Virus record (IMG/VR): IMGVR_UViG_3300034071_001431
Coordinates: 32,001 to 96,000 of that record
Reading direction: 5' to 3' (one strand)
Length of the DNA: 64,000 nucleotides
From: a virus
Taxonomy: Duplodnaviria > Caudoviricetes
In this document: positions 35,590-46,449 of the stretch, one piece after another
Position numbering within the stretch: position 1 is the stretch's first letter
Layout: each line of letters opens with the position of its first letter
Position numbers and translations under genes: made by a program
The notes under the pieces: generated by a model
Databases searched by the model: none
Told to the model about the DNA's origin: nothing
Seen by the model: the letters and a program-made list of their open reading frames with translations, nothing else

Positions 35590-36888
35590 TCAACGTCTTT
35601 CTCGCCTATGTTCGGATATTTGTGAACCCGGACGAGTAGCACGGTCAATAACTGTTGCAGGAGTAGATACTGCGCCAGTTGGTCTAATCCCGGTAGTCGG
35701 GGTGGTCCCATCTATTTGTTTACGTATTGCATCAGCAGTTGCTTTAGCGGCTTTCTTTTCTGCGGTTGCGGCTTTTTTAGCTGTTGCGGCTGCGGCATTA
35801 GCACCAAACGTAGTTGGAATTATTTCCATTTGTGGATATGGTAAACGTACATCAGCAATACTAGTTATGTATGCTGTGCCGGCATGTAAACGTAATGTAC
35901 TGTCTGCTAATTCTTCAGCATCTTTAAAATAAACAGTGTTGATCGGTTCAGTTGTTAAATTAATGTATAACACACCTTCGTCATCTTTCTTACTCATGTA
36001 GTAGTTGAAACTAGCTTTAGCATACGCTTGCATTGCAACACCAGTACTGCCCGATGCAATTGCATCTGCTATAGAATCAATCGAAGATTTATCTGATGTC
36101 GTCCCGCCAAATATCATAGCAATAACTTGTTTACACATAGCAACAAAGTCTGTATTGTCACTTAATTGTTGCGCTATATCGCAGGCTGCCGCAATACTTA
36201 ACCCACTCTTTGGTAGTATTGTTTTAATCTCAGGGTTATTAGCAACATAAGCATTTAAATCACGAGCCGCACGTTCAAAACCTTCTGCTGGACGTACTTC
36301 TTGGTCAGTGAAACGACCTGCACCGCCATCTGTAGTTTTTGCTTCAATCTTGCGGCCATTAATTAATAAATCGCCTTTATCTGGCTTGTTAATATTTTTA
36401 CTTAATACACTTAATCCAAACTCGCCCTTGCCTTGGCCTAATGCTTGTATACGCATAACATCATTAACTAGTTCACTGATAGCAGGGTTAGTAGAATAAC
36501 TTGCAATAATATCGGAAAAGTTGTTTGAACCTTTACTTAATAGTTTATCACGGTTAACAAGTTTGTCTTCGCGCCACAGTGAAAATAGTTCATCACGTTG
36601 GGCTGGTGTTACATCCATACTTACTATGTATCGTGCCAGCATTTTTTGTGCCGCAGTAACAGTTGGGTCGTTGATACGAGCAAGCTCGCCATTAATCATA
36701 CCAACTCGTCCACCTGCATTAACATGAGTTAGTAATTCTTCAATTTCACGTAATGCTCGTGCAGTTACGCTATCGTCTGGCAGATCTTTAATCTTGCCAG
36801 CGATAACTGATTTCATTGCTTCTAACTCGTCTGTGTTTGGCAGAGCAGTTTCAAATAAGGGTGTAATGAGGTCTATAAATTTGCGCAT
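35590..36888 (-). CDS. Late protein with putative PD-(D/E)XK nuclease motif
   Basis: GKGE...GDLLINGRKIEAK; TAAATA motif just upstream. Confidence 0.5.
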   Translation of the reverse strand: MRKFIDLITPLFETALPNTDELEAMKSVIAGKIKDLPDDSVTARALREIEELLTHVNAGGRVGMINGELARINDPTVTAAQKMLARYIVSMDVTPAQRDELFSLWREDKLVNRDKLLSKGSNNFSDIIASYSTNPAISELVNDVMRIQALGQGKGEFGLSVLSKNINKPDKGDLLINGRKIEAKTTDGGAGRFTDQEVRPAEGFERAARDLNAYVANNPEIKTILPKSGLSIAAACDIAQQLSDNTDFVAMCKQVIAMIFGGTTSDKSSIDSIADAIASGSTGVAMQAYAKASFNYYMSKKDDEGVLYINLTTEPINTVYFKDAEELADSTLRLHAGTAYITSIADVRLPYPQMEIIPTTFGANAAAATAKKAATAEKKAAKATADAIRKQIDGTTPTTGIRPTGAVSTPATVIDRATRPGSQISEHRRERR

Positions 36889-36895
36889 AATGTAT

Positions 36896-37660
36896 TTATT
36901 CTTTACGTTCTATATCATCTTCAACACAGATATCGCCGTATTGTATTTCAATTATGCGAACGGGTCTGTCGTATGGGTTAGCAAGTTGATGCCATTGTTC
37001 TTCTGGTATGCGATGAGTTGAATGTTTAGGTAGATGTGGATTTTGTAGAGCAGTTGGATAAACAATGCTATATTCACTAACAGTTGCTTCGCCATCTGCA
37101 ATAAACCATAACTCAGCTCTATTGTAATGTTTCTGCATACTTAGGCGCTTGCCCGGATTGATGGTTAATTCTTTCACTTTTAGGCCCGGAACGTCATGTA
37201 ATACACGATAATAGCCCCATTCTCGTTCAGTTTTAGGCGCTTTCCACTCATCTAATATCCAACTGCTACTATTGAGCTTATTCTTGCCGCCGACTCCAAA
37301 TGCAAACGCAACATCTGCGCATTTCATTTCGGGAATGTTATGCTCTGTTCTATCGCCGCCGTTAGCAAATACTATCTCACTGTTTGGGTACATTAGTTTA
37401 ACGTTATTGATTGCTTCAATTGCTGTGTTATCATTATCATCAAACAATATACAATGGTCAACCATCTTTAAGTTTTCAATAATAGCAATACGTTCAGTAC
37501 TTGGCATAAATGCCCTGCCCTTCTTGCGAGCTATCCATGCATCACTGTTTACTCCAACAACAAGTATATGTCCAAGTGCTTTAGCGGCTTTAAAGTAAGC
37601 AATGTGTCCGCTGTGTAAAGGATCAAATCCCCCTGACACTAGCACAACTCTATTAATCAT
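36896..37660 (-). CDS. Cytidylyltransferase fused to a mannose-6-phosphate-isomerase-type cupin
   Basis: GGFDPLHSGH, NGGDR; WGYY, LSMQKHYNRAELW, EDDIER. Confidence 0.88.
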   Translation of the reverse strand: MINRVVLVSGGFDPLHSGHIAYFKAAKALGHILVVGVNSDAWIARKKGRAFMPSTERIAIIENLKMVDHCILFDDNDNTAIEAINNVKLMYPNSEIVFANGGDRTEHNIPEMKCADVAFAFGVGGKNKLNSSSWILDEWKAPKTEREWGYYRVLHDVPGLKVKELTINPGKRLSMQKHYNRAELWFIADGEATVSEYSIVYPTALQNPHLPKHSTHRIPEEQWHQLANPYDRPVRIIEIQYGDICVEDDIERKE

Positions 37661-38549
37661 AATTTTTCTTAGGTGGACGCATTACGCCAACCGGTTTTGC
37701 TATTGTAGTTTCTACACTTGTTGGTTTCGCTTGCTTTACCGTAGTTTTTTTGGCTTGTTTTTTAGTATTAACTACACCGGCATCATTATGCACAGCTTCT
37801 GCAGGAATTACTGTCTGTTGGCTTACGTAGTCAACAAAATAGTTTTCTTTATCCAACCATGGATATAAAATATCCTCTTGGCGCAAATAACCATATGAAG
37901 TAATTGAATTGATCACAGTCTGATTCAATAATCCACTATCAATTAAATCAAGCCACGACGTTGTATCTGCATCCTTTGGTGCAACATCTGATTTGTATAC
38001 AGCAATATGAATCCATGGATCATTAAATTCTTTAAGCATATATGCATCTTTACAATCAAAGCCATTTACTGCAAGCATATAAATTAAACTAGTCGGAGTA
38101 AAGTTATGAAAACATCCGCTATGTGTCCGACTATAATATCTATTATCGGCAACTCCGGAATGTTGTGGTATGCTTAATACTAGCATAGCATCGACATTCA
38201 TTTGCTCATTCCATACTTTTAATGTTTCGATTGGGTTAGTGCTATATTGCAAACTATCGTGTGCCCACATTAAATCAGCTTGTACAGGTATGCAACGTGT
38301 ATTAAAATCCTTTTCAGTTTTTTGTATGTTAATGAGATCCGGAACTTGAGCTAACTTAGCCGGGTCACGATCAACAGCAAAACAATTATAATTGTGCGGA
38401 ACTGGTGGATCATCTCGTGTTTCTAATGTTGCCCACCATGTAATATCTTCGCCGGTGCCACAGCCCATGTCTACAATTGTGTGTAAACTATCGAGAAAGC
38501 TATCGTATTCTCTGAGTTGATTTAATACCCTAAGTGCATGTCTAGCCAT
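37653..38549 (-). CDS. SAM-dependent methyltransferase
   Basis: VDMGCGTG motif. Confidence 0.7.
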   Translation of the reverse strand: MARHALRVLNQLREYDSFLDSLHTIVDMGCGTGEDITWWATLETRDDPPVPHNYNCFAVDRDPAKLAQVPDLINIQKTEKDFNTRCIPVQADLMWAHDSLQYSTNPIETLKVWNEQMNVDAMLVLSIPQHSGVADNRYYSRTHSGCFHNFTPTSLIYMLAVNGFDCKDAYMLKEFNDPWIHIAVYKSDVAPKDADTTSWLDLIDSGLLNQTVINSITSYGYLRQEDILYPWLDKENYFVDYVSQQTVIPAEAVHNDAGVVNTKKQAKKTTVKQAKPTSVETTIAKPVGVMRPPKKNYD

Positions 38550-38808
38550 TTTTTAAAATCCTAAAAATAAAGTCTCTGCTGAAGTTAGTGTATGCTTCTA
38601 TAAATTTTGTTGTATACTCTGCTTCAACTTCTGTATTATTCTGCAACCTTGCATAGCGCAATTCTTGTGAATATGCCATAAGTTGCCCTTTGCGACGCAT
38701 ATAATCTAATATGTCGATGTCGTCAGTTGGAGTAATATGAGAGGAACAATATTTCATTTCTTCCCATTGCTCTAATAATTCGTCTACTGGATTAATTGAC
38801 TGTTGCAT
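38542..38808 (-). CDS. Hypothetical protein
   Basis: Probable start MQQSINP with GGA RBS. Confidence 0.55.
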   Translation of the reverse strand: MQQSINPVDELLEQWEEMKYCSSHITPTDDIDILDYMRRKGQLMAYSQELRYARLQNNTEVEAEYTTKFIEAYTNFSRDFIFRILKNG

Positions 38809-39247
38809 CTTCCATTCCTGCTGTACGCAGTCTAACAATATGTCCGATCATGTATGATTTTGCTTCTAGCCCTTTCATGATGCCGAGCCACTTGTTGCGC
38901 AATAGTGCGACTTCGTTGATAATAGTTTCCATATCAATTACTTCGCTTTCACCATCGACATACTTTTCAGCATCGCGAGAAGTTAACGCACGTGCGTAGC
39001 TTTCGAGATACTTTTTGTAATGGTCTTGGCGGATTTTGCGAAGTTTGATGTTGAGAAAGTTAAGCACCGCTTCAATCTCTTGTAACTGATTAAAGCGTTG
39101 CTCTGTAACTCCTGGCAATGATGCTAACCCTTTTTCAATATTGCCGTATACCTTAACTTCACGTTTTGCTTGATCTAATTCAGTGTTATAGTAATCAATG
39201 AAGTCAGGTAAGTTGCCAATATTTTGTACTACTTTGTTATACCACAT
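38792..39247 (-). CDS. uvsY: UvsY-like recombination mediator
   Basis: Helical 151 aa, EKYVDGE motif, next to uvsX. Confidence 0.7.
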   Translation of the reverse strand: MWYNKVVQNIGNLPDFIDYYNTELDQAKREVKVYGNIEKGLASLPGVTEQRFNQLQEIEAVLNFLNIKLRKIRQDHYKKYLESYARALTSRDAEKYVDGESEVIDMETIINEVALLRNKWLGIMKGLEAKSYMIGHIVRLRTAGMEDATVN

Positions 39248-39249
39248 AT

Positions 39250-39480
39250 TTACTCGTCGTCGTAGTCGTTTTCGGGTTCAGCTTCTTCGCCTAAGTATTC
39301 TTCAACTGCTCGTCGCAGATACGCATCAGTACCGCCAAACTTCTTCAGATCTGCTTCTGTAATGCTGTGGTCTGCTACAACATTAATAACATGATCTGCT
39401 ACTGCTTGTCTGTCTTTTTGTGATACATACTCTTTAACTGTAAGCCACATTTCACTTAAGATTTCTACATCAATGCTCAT
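39250..39480 (-). CDS. Hypothetical protein
   Basis: Operon ORF between uvsX and uvsY. Confidence 0.7.
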   Translation of the reverse strand: MSIDVEILSEMWLTVKEYVSQKDRQAVADHVINVVADHSITEADLKKFGGTDAYLRRAVEEYLGEEAEPENDYDDE

Positions 39481-40548
39481 TTATGCTTCTTCCTCTTCAT
39501 CAGTTGTTGTATCAGTACTTAGCGTAACTGCAACCTTGCCGAAATCATTCATAACTTTGTCTAAACAACCATCTTCGTTATGTTCCCAGGCTTTACGGAA
39601 TTGTTTGATTTCTTCACCGGCACTTGTAGTGAATTTAAGTCTGTTGCCATCTTTAACCAACATACCAGCTTTTTCAGCTAAGTCAGTTAATCCACTGTAC
39701 GGGCTCATACCAGTATCATATGGAATTTCGACTTGCACTGACTCAAATGGTTTAGCATAACGTGTTTTCATAATCTTACAAGCCGCACGTATACCATTAA
39801 CTGTTGTAGTCTTATTACCATCGGCGTCTGTTTTAAGTTTAAGTTTACGCATAGCTACAACAATACTCGAAGCGTAGATAAAGCCTTGACCGCCACTGAT
39901 TTTATCATCTGGGTCAAACATATCTTGTGAAGCGTATGTATGGTTTGTACAAATTAACCCTACGTTGTAACTACCAAACATGTTTACGCAGTTACGTACA
40001 AGTGATGTAAGTGCTTTAGGTTTACGACCCATATCACCTTTCATTTCACCTGCTTCAAACTGGTTTACGTCTGTTGGAGTTAATAACATACCGAGCGAGT
40101 CAACTACAAATAACACTTTTGGTCTGCCATCTTCTGGGAGAGTTTTGTATTCTTTCATGAATTCACTAATTGTTTTAGCAACGTCATCAATCATACACAT
40201 GCTTAGTTTAAGCAATTTACCTTCATCTGTGTCCACACCAAGTGCTTTAAGCCAGTTTTCATCTAATGCATTTTCACTATCCACAAGTACTACATAGATA
40301 CCTTGATCTTGTGCATTTTTGATAACGTTGCCCGAACAGATGTATGATTTACCTGCGCCAGATTCACCAGCGAATACTGTTACTTTACCCAGTGGGATAC
40401 CTTTGTTGAAATCACTACTGATTAGATAGTTAAGTGCATAGTTGCCTGTACTAATCCAATCCGTTGGGTCATTGAACCCAAATCCTAACCCGTCGATAGA
40501 CTTAGTTAAGGTCTTTCTAAATTTACTTACGTCAAATGGTTTTGCCAT
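39481..40548 (-). CDS. uvsX: UvsX/RecA-like recombinase
   Basis: AGESGAGKS, DSENA, VVDSLG, TNH, SGG, YASS. Confidence 0.93.
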   Translation of the reverse strand: MAKPFDVSKFRKTLTKSIDGLGFGFNDPTDWISTGNYALNYLISSDFNKGIPLGKVTVFAGESGAGKSYICSGNVIKNAQDQGIYVVLVDSENALDENWLKALGVDTDEGKLLKLSMCMIDDVAKTISEFMKEYKTLPEDGRPKVLFVVDSLGMLLTPTDVNQFEAGEMKGDMGRKPKALTSLVRNCVNMFGSYNVGLICTNHTYASQDMFDPDDKISGGQGFIYASSIVVAMRKLKLKTDADGNKTTTVNGIRAACKIMKTRYAKPFESVQVEIPYDTGMSPYSGLTDLAEKAGMLVKDGNRLKFTTSAGEEIKQFRKAWEHNEDGCLDKVMNDFGKVAVTLSTDTTTDEEEEA

Positions 40549-40562
40549 GATGTTTTCCTTGT

Positions 40563-41444
40563 TTATTGTAATACAATGGATGCTTTGTTATTTTCTTTAG
40601 AATTTCTATACAATATTTCTCTATACAACGATAAATTTTTGTTTAAATCTAAGATATTGCCAATCGGTATTTCATTGCCTATTGGAGGTATATTATGCTT
40701 CTTACACCATTCCAAAAATTCATTGCTAAATGGAATAGTCTGCGGCTTGGCTAAATTTATATTAAATGAAAATTCCAACTTTTCAAAGTTATAATGATCT
40801 GTATATATTAATTCATTATCAAAATTTACAAACTTATCGTAATATTTTCTACCTAAATAGGTATATCCAAAATTAAAATTAGTAACACCGTTATTAGTTA
40901 TTATACTATCTTTAAACGGATTGTCAAATATAGCCCACTTAGCCGGCGAGTCAAATGATAGATAGTCATAATTGAATGTATTTTCTAAAGAATGTACTGC
41001 TAAATTAATAGCTTCGTATGTCTCAATAAAGTCCAATTTTGTTAGTACTTCTGCAATTTTTACTATTCGAATTTCATCGGGATACATATGATGTAATCGA
41101 TTGCCAATTTTAGCTGTTTCTATATTATCCGAAAATCGTAATTTATCAATATCTAATTCAATATTTTGAGAAATTACCCAATCAGCATGTACCCTATTCA
41201 GATAGTCCTGATCTAGATATGCAGCTGGCACTAAATTAATTTCAACCGGAGTTACATTTAATAATGGCAATAGTTCATTAACTTTACTAATGTTAGTATG
41301 TAGCGCACCTACCCGCTGTTCTACTACACTAGATAGTTTGTGATTATTTAAAAATTGATTTTCGTTATCGGTATTGATTTTCGTTACAAAATAATCAAAC
41401 AGATTTTGATTCGCAGTAACTTCGAACGGTATACTATCACCCGA
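40563..41444 (-). CDS. Hypothetical AT-rich protein (ORF open to 41474; start uncertain)
   Basis: 303 aa ORF with TTG start and AAGGA RBS. Confidence 0.55.
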   Translation of the reverse strand, partial: SGDSIPFEVTANQNLFDYFVTKINTDNENQFLNNHKLSSVVEQRVGALHTNISKVNELLPLLNVTPVEINLVPAAYLDQDYLNRVHADWVISQNIELDIDKLRFSDNIETAKIGNRLHHMYPDEIRIVKIAEVLTKLDFIETYEAINLAVHSLENTFNYDYLSFDSPAKWAIFDNPFKDSIITNNGVTNFNFGYTYLGRKYYDKFVNFDNELIYTDHYNFEKLEFSFNINLAKPQTIPFSNEFLEWCKKHNIPPIGNEIPIGNILDLNKNLSLYREILYRNSKENNKASIVLQ

Positions 41445-41526
41445 CGAAGCAAACACTAATTGAAATTTAGTCAAAATTATCCTTTAATCGAATTGGGGGC
41501 ATTGCGCCCCCATTATACATTAACTA

Positions 41527-42588
41527 CTAAGCTGTCTTTTGACGATTGCGAATCATTGCTAAAATGTCTTCAGCACGTTGTCCACCGCTTGCTGGAGTAG
41601 TAACTGGTGCTGTTGGAGCACTAACTGCTACTTCATCTGCTTCAAATGGAACGTCTGTTGCTACTGCACCACTGTTAGGTGCTACATAGCCTTGACCAGA
41701 ACTTTGTGCTGGAATGCTTTCAACGTGTTCAGAAACAACTGCGCGATCTGCTGGTTGTGCAGCTACATCAGTAGTAGTTGCCGGAGCATTTGCAGTGTAT
41801 GAACCGCGTGGTTTAAAGTACGCACCCCATTTTTCTTCATCATATGGTTGTCCATCAACTGATGCTTCGAACATTTCCTTCATGATTTTAAGCTCTGCTT
41901 CATTTGGGCGTTTAGGCAAGAAGTCAGCAAGGTTATACAAACCATGTTTCTCAATTGCTTCAGCTTCGTCTACAGTTAATGCAGATTCTTTACGTGACCA
42001 TTTTGAAGTACTGTAGTCAGCATAACCACCTTTACTTGTCTTAGTAGCAGTAAAGTCCAAACCACCTGCGTAGTCTGTTGGCAAGTTTTCTAACTCCGGA
42101 TCCATCAATGCTGATTTAACCAAGTTGAAAATTTGTGGGCTAATGATGAAACGACGGATTGGATTTTCCGGAGTCTTATCATCTTTCAATGGATTCTCAC
42201 GTACAAAACCTTGGAATAAGTATGATTTCTTTTTCCAGTACTTACGACCCATTTCTTCTAATGAAGCGTCTTTAAACCATGTACGCACTTCTGCTAAGAT
42301 TGGGCATGATTCGCCCCACATTTCAACGCATGGTACTTGTACTGTTGTTTTTTTACTGTCTGTTTGGCCTTTGATGCCAGCGAACTCTAAGTTGATCATA
42401 TTACGTTCAACCCAGAAGAATGTATTTTTTGGATCTGCATCTGGTAAGAAACGGATACGTGCTGTAGCACCTTCGTCAATGTTCCAGTGTGCGTAGATTG
42501 CGTTGTCGCCGCCGCCTTGTGATTTGCCTGAACTACGTGTGTCTTGCGCTTGTAACTTTGCTCTGATTTCTGCTAATGATGTTGCCAT
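41527..42588 (-). CDS. gp32: gp32-like single-stranded DNA-binding protein
   Basis: IRFLP, C.....CPI, KTSKGGYADYSTSKW; adjacent to uvsX. Confidence 0.88.
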   Translation of the reverse strand: MATSLAEIRAKLQAQDTRSSGKSQGGGDNAIYAHWNIDEGATARIRFLPDADPKNTFFWVERNMINLEFAGIKGQTDSKKTTVQVPCVEMWGESCPILAEVRTWFKDASLEEMGRKYWKKKSYLFQGFVRENPLKDDKTPENPIRRFIISPQIFNLVKSALMDPELENLPTDYAGGLDFTATKTSKGGYADYSTSKWSRKESALTVDEAEAIEKHGLYNLADFLPKRPNEAELKIMKEMFEASVDGQPYDEEKWGAYFKPRGSYTANAPATTTDVAAQPADRAVVSEHVESIPAQSSGQGYVAPNSGAVATDVPFEADEVAVSAPTAPVTTPASGGQRAEDILAMIRNRQKTA

Positions 42589-42703
42589 GATATGTATTAC
42601 TCCTGTTGTTTTAAGTTGGTCTTAATATAAGTAACTTCCCGCTACCTACAATAGTATTTATCACCTATACAATAATAATACGTTATATTGATAGCAGAGT
42701 CAA

Positions 42704-42731
42704 TAAAAAAGGCACTAAAAAGTGCCCTTTT
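42704..42731. terminator. Intrinsic terminator
   Basis: AAAAAAGGCACT-AAAA-AGTGCCCTTTT. Confidence 0.75.
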
Positions 42732-42748
42732 GGTAAAACTGCTTATTA

Positions 42749-44833
42749 CTATTTTATACCTGCTATTTTGCGCATTTGTGCAATTTCTTCGTTAAATTGT
42801 TTGTTGTATGCTGTTAAGTCGCCTTCGTCATCGCCTTTAGCCATTGCTTTCATTTGGCTTGGCATGATTTTAACTTTGTCTAATGTGCTTAAATCTTTTG
42901 CACCCATACGTTTCATTTTTTCATCTTTGTTTACGTAGTCATCACCAATTGATTCATCAGTTGGCTCTGGCATTGTTTCTGGTTCGTAGTGATTTTCCCA
43001 ATCGCCATCCATTGCTTGTTGTTTAGTGTGATTGTATTTTTCTAAAAATTCTTGATCTGTTAAGTCGCTAACATCAATGTCCATATCAGACATTTTGCTT
43101 TCATCCATTTCACTGTTCTTAGTTGGCCATTCTGCCCATTGTGGCAAATCTTCATCTCTATCTTGGTCAAACTGCATATCGCTACCATCATCTTGATCTG
43201 GCTCGTCGCGGTCACGTTCAAATTCTATTTCATCTTGGTTATTGTTTTTATATTTGTCATAGGCTGCTAAGGCATCACCTTCTAATTCATTTATCTGTCC
43301 TTCGTCAGTGCCGCCTAAGTTATTAATAACTTCTTTAACCCATGCGCTAACATCACTGCTACCAATTTCTTCAACGTTACCTACCCAATCAGCAACATCT
43401 TTAGTTGCATTTGTAATTGCTTCTGGGCCGTACTGTGATAGTAAATCTAAGTGTTGATTCATAATACGACGAATAATTGCTGATTGTACTGCATCACTGC
43501 TATCACTTTCTCCATCATCATAACCTTCATCTACTGTTTGATCAGCTGTATCTTCATCGCCAATTACAGACATAATTCGTTGATAAATTGTTGGATTGTT
43601 TTCTTGTACCCAATCCATAACTACATCACGTGCATCAGCTTCTGAATCTTCATCTGCTAAGTCACCTAATTTATCAAACAATACATCATCACCGATTAAA
43701 TTATATAATGCATTAATTGCATTGATTGCATCAACTCCTACCGGAAGTGGTTCCATTAGCAATTCAGTCAATTCAGAAACTTGTTCTTCAGTGTCTGGTG
43801 TAGCCCATGTGCCTTCACTTACTGTGTTAGCCCAGTTTTCAAATTGTTGTGCGAAGTTATTAGATTTTTTCATATTATATGCCTTTTGTACAATTGGTAG
43901 TGCTTCTTCCATTCTATCATTAAATGATCGTTTAACAAAGCGTTCACGCAATGCATCAACATCAAATTCATCCATTAAAACATCATCTGCTACAAAACTT
44001 TCTTTGCAAGCAGCGTATCCTTTACGTCCACCCATTTTTTTAAGTGTATTGTTTAGCAAGCCGTGGTATTCAAATGCGGCTTCTGCCATTGATTGTGTTT
44101 CAGCATCTTCAAATGTTCTACGCACCATTGCTGATTTAAACGGGCGTAGTTTACCACATTCTTCTGCTATCTTAGTAATATGTTGCCCAAAGTCATCACC
44201 AGCTTCACCACCTTGTGATACGTGTTGTGCCATTGCACGTGCGTATTTTAAGTTGTTGTGCGGTAGTTTAATACGTGCGCCATCTGCTGTTTCGATGAAT
44301 AGAGCTTTAATTTTACGACTACGTGCGCCACGTTGCTCTGGGTCTACTTTATCGCTGTGACGTACAATAATCTTTACATCGCCGTCTTGCTCGTAACTGC
44401 TACGACTTGTACCATGTAATCTGCTTTCGCCAATTACTTCATCTTTAGTGTACGTACTGTCTGAGTTGCTTACTTGTTGTAAGTCACGGTGTTTTAGTGT
44501 ACTACGTGTAATATCACGTGGCTCAAAGCTCAATAGATTACGTTTAGCAAACTCACGTAGCTCTCTTAAGAAACCATACCATTTTGCTTTCTCTTCGTCA
44601 TCTAAATCACTGCTGATGTTTTTACTAAAGTATACTTTAAGTGAATTTTCGTCAATGACACTAATTGTTATGTTGCCGTGACTGTTACCATCGACTGTAT
44701 AATCAAAGTTGAAGAACCGTGCATCTTCTGGCTTTTGTGTTGCTTTAGCGTTTTCGTCGCCTAAAGTAACATCATCAAACCTGTCGCGGATTTTTTCAAA
44801 TAGTGCATCAGATATCTTGTTTATTTCGCGCAT
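42749..44833 (-). CDS. Large acidic late protein, possibly head-associated
   Basis: Follows terminase; TAAATA upstream; acidic C-terminal half. Confidence 0.6.
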   Translation of the reverse strand: MREINKISDALFEKIRDRFDDVTLGDENAKATQKPEDARFFNFDYTVDGNSHGNITISVIDENSLKVYFSKNISSDLDDEEKAKWYGFLRELREFAKRNLLSFEPRDITRSTLKHRDLQQVSNSDSTYTKDEVIGESRLHGTSRSSYEQDGDVKIIVRHSDKVDPEQRGARSRKIKALFIETADGARIKLPHNNLKYARAMAQHVSQGGEAGDDFGQHITKIAEECGKLRPFKSAMVRRTFEDAETQSMAEAAFEYHGLLNNTLKKMGGRKGYAACKESFVADDVLMDEFDVDALRERFVKRSFNDRMEEALPIVQKAYNMKKSNNFAQQFENWANTVSEGTWATPDTEEQVSELTELLMEPLPVGVDAINAINALYNLIGDDVLFDKLGDLADEDSEADARDVVMDWVQENNPTIYQRIMSVIGDEDTADQTVDEGYDDGESDSSDAVQSAIIRRIMNQHLDLLSQYGPEAITNATKDVADWVGNVEEIGSSDVSAWVKEVINNLGGTDEGQINELEGDALAAYDKYKNNNQDEIEFERDRDEPDQDDGSDMQFDQDRDEDLPQWAEWPTKNSEMDESKMSDMDIDVSDLTDQEFLEKYNHTKQQAMDGDWENHYEPETMPEPTDESIGDDYVNKDEKMKRMGAKDLSTLDKVKIMPSQMKAMAKGDDEGDLTAYNKQFNEEIAQMRKIAGIK

Positions 44834-44876
44834 TTTTTTATTCTCATAGTATTATTTATGCTAATAGCCATCTAAT

Positions 44877-46445
44877 CTAATATGCAACACTAATAAATGG
44901 CATAGGCTCGATGAAATCATCCAGTGTATCACGCATTGCATTATCAAGTGTTGCATCATACGTTTGCAATAGCATTGCCATGCGCACTATTAACACTAAG
45001 CTCATTACTAAGTCATCTGTTTCGCCGGGTTTGGCAGCAAAACTAGAGCCACTAGCAACAAATGTCTTTAATTCAGATATTAAGTTCTTACTAGCAATGG
45101 TCATACGCTTAGTTTCTATTAGATTTTTTAACTTAGAACAAGCTGATATTTTGCTTTTGTTTGTAGTATTAAATCCTTTACGATAGCGTCTGCCAGAGCC
45201 CATACTCTTAGGCTCATTTAAGAATGTTCCTTTGATGTTTTCTTCGCCCATTTCTGCTACTGTTATTAGTGCCGCTTCACCAATTGTATTGTTTTCCATA
45301 CTATAGTATATATTGTTCACTGGCACTGTTTCTGCTAGGTAACGTGTGATTTCTCTAAGTATACCAATCTGTTGCTGTATTGGTGTGCGATTGTGTTGCC
45401 ATTCGCCTACCTGTATAAAGCTAGGCAATTCAAATATTTGTATTGCAGCTGGGTCACCACCTGTACCCAAACTTGGGTCTAATGCAACCATATATGTATT
45501 TGCTGGGCTTGGCTTTTTGTACCAACGTATCTGGCCCTGTCGTTCAATTGGGTCAATACCAGACATTTCAATTAGGTGGCCTGGGTTAATTAATGTTTCA
45601 TCCCAGATAATAAATTCACAATCCATTTCACGACGGAAACGTTCGTCACCTAATTGACTACGCTGTTCTGCGGCCCATTTATCATCTCTATCCGGATGTT
45701 CGCGCCAGAAGCTACGGAATGATTTAAACCCATTAACTCCTAATTCAGTGGCATTGCCAAATTCGTCGATGCATTTGTTGGCTCCTTTCCATAAGGTAGC
45801 AAATTGGTCTTCATCTGAATTAGGTGTTGATGTGATAATACATTTACCACCTGTTGCTAGTGTAGGACTAATAGAAGTCCAGAATTCACGGCCAATGGTA
45901 CTGCGCACAAACGCAAACTCATCGCAATATAATAATGAAATAGACATACCCCGGCCGGTATTTTCTGTTGTAGTCGATGAGTTGATTCTACTGCCGTTTT
46001 CAAAGTCTATACTACCTTTGTTGTAGCTTGTAGCACCAGCACGTATAAAGTCAGGACACAACTCGTATGCATAACGTATACGAGCCATAATTTCTTGTGA
46101 ACCTGTGTATTTGTGTGCGGCAATTAGGATAGTACTATCTGGTACAAACATAGCGTACCATAGCAAGTAGCCGGCGGCAGATGTTGATTTGCCTGTTTGT
46201 CGCGGCATTAATGATATGCTAAAACGATAGTTGTGATATGTTTCAATTAAACGTTTTTGATAATCAAATGGTTGGTACAACATACGACCTTTAGTAGGAT
46301 GCTGTATGTAAAAGTAATTACTCATAAAGTATTCTGGCCCAGTAATAGGGTCAGCACAACGAGCAAATTCTAAAATTTGTTCTTCGGTAAAGGTTTCTGT
46401 TTGGTGCGCACGTTTTACAAGTACGCCTTCAAGTGATTTAGCCAT
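44877..46445 (-). CDS. gp17: Terminase large subunit
   Basis: PRQTGKST, YCDEFAF, TSTPN, DPSLGTGGD, DDLVMS. Confidence 0.95.
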   Translation of the reverse strand: MAKSLEGVLVKRAHQTETFTEEQILEFARCADPITGPEYFMSNYFYIQHPTKGRMLYQPFDYQKRLIETYHNYRFSISLMPRQTGKSTSAAGYLLWYAMFVPDSTILIAAHKYTGSQEIMARIRYAYELCPDFIRAGATSYNKGSIDFENGSRINSSTTTENTGRGMSISLLYCDEFAFVRSTIGREFWTSISPTLATGGKCIITSTPNSDEDQFATLWKGANKCIDEFGNATELGVNGFKSFRSFWREHPDRDDKWAAEQRSQLGDERFRREMDCEFIIWDETLINPGHLIEMSGIDPIERQGQIRWYKKPSPANTYMVALDPSLGTGGDPAAIQIFELPSFIQVGEWQHNRTPIQQQIGILREITRYLAETVPVNNIYYSMENNTIGEAALITVAEMGEENIKGTFLNEPKSMGSGRRYRKGFNTTNKSKISACSKLKNLIETKRMTIASKNLISELKTFVASGSSFAAKPGETDDLVMSLVLIVRMAMLLQTYDATLDNAMRDTLDDFIEPMPFISVAY

Positions 46446-46449
46446 ACTA

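Noticed and set aside
43596-44360. 254-aa plus-strand ORF and similar antisense ORFs across the window
   Set aside because: Ser-rich shadow frames of real minus-strand genes.
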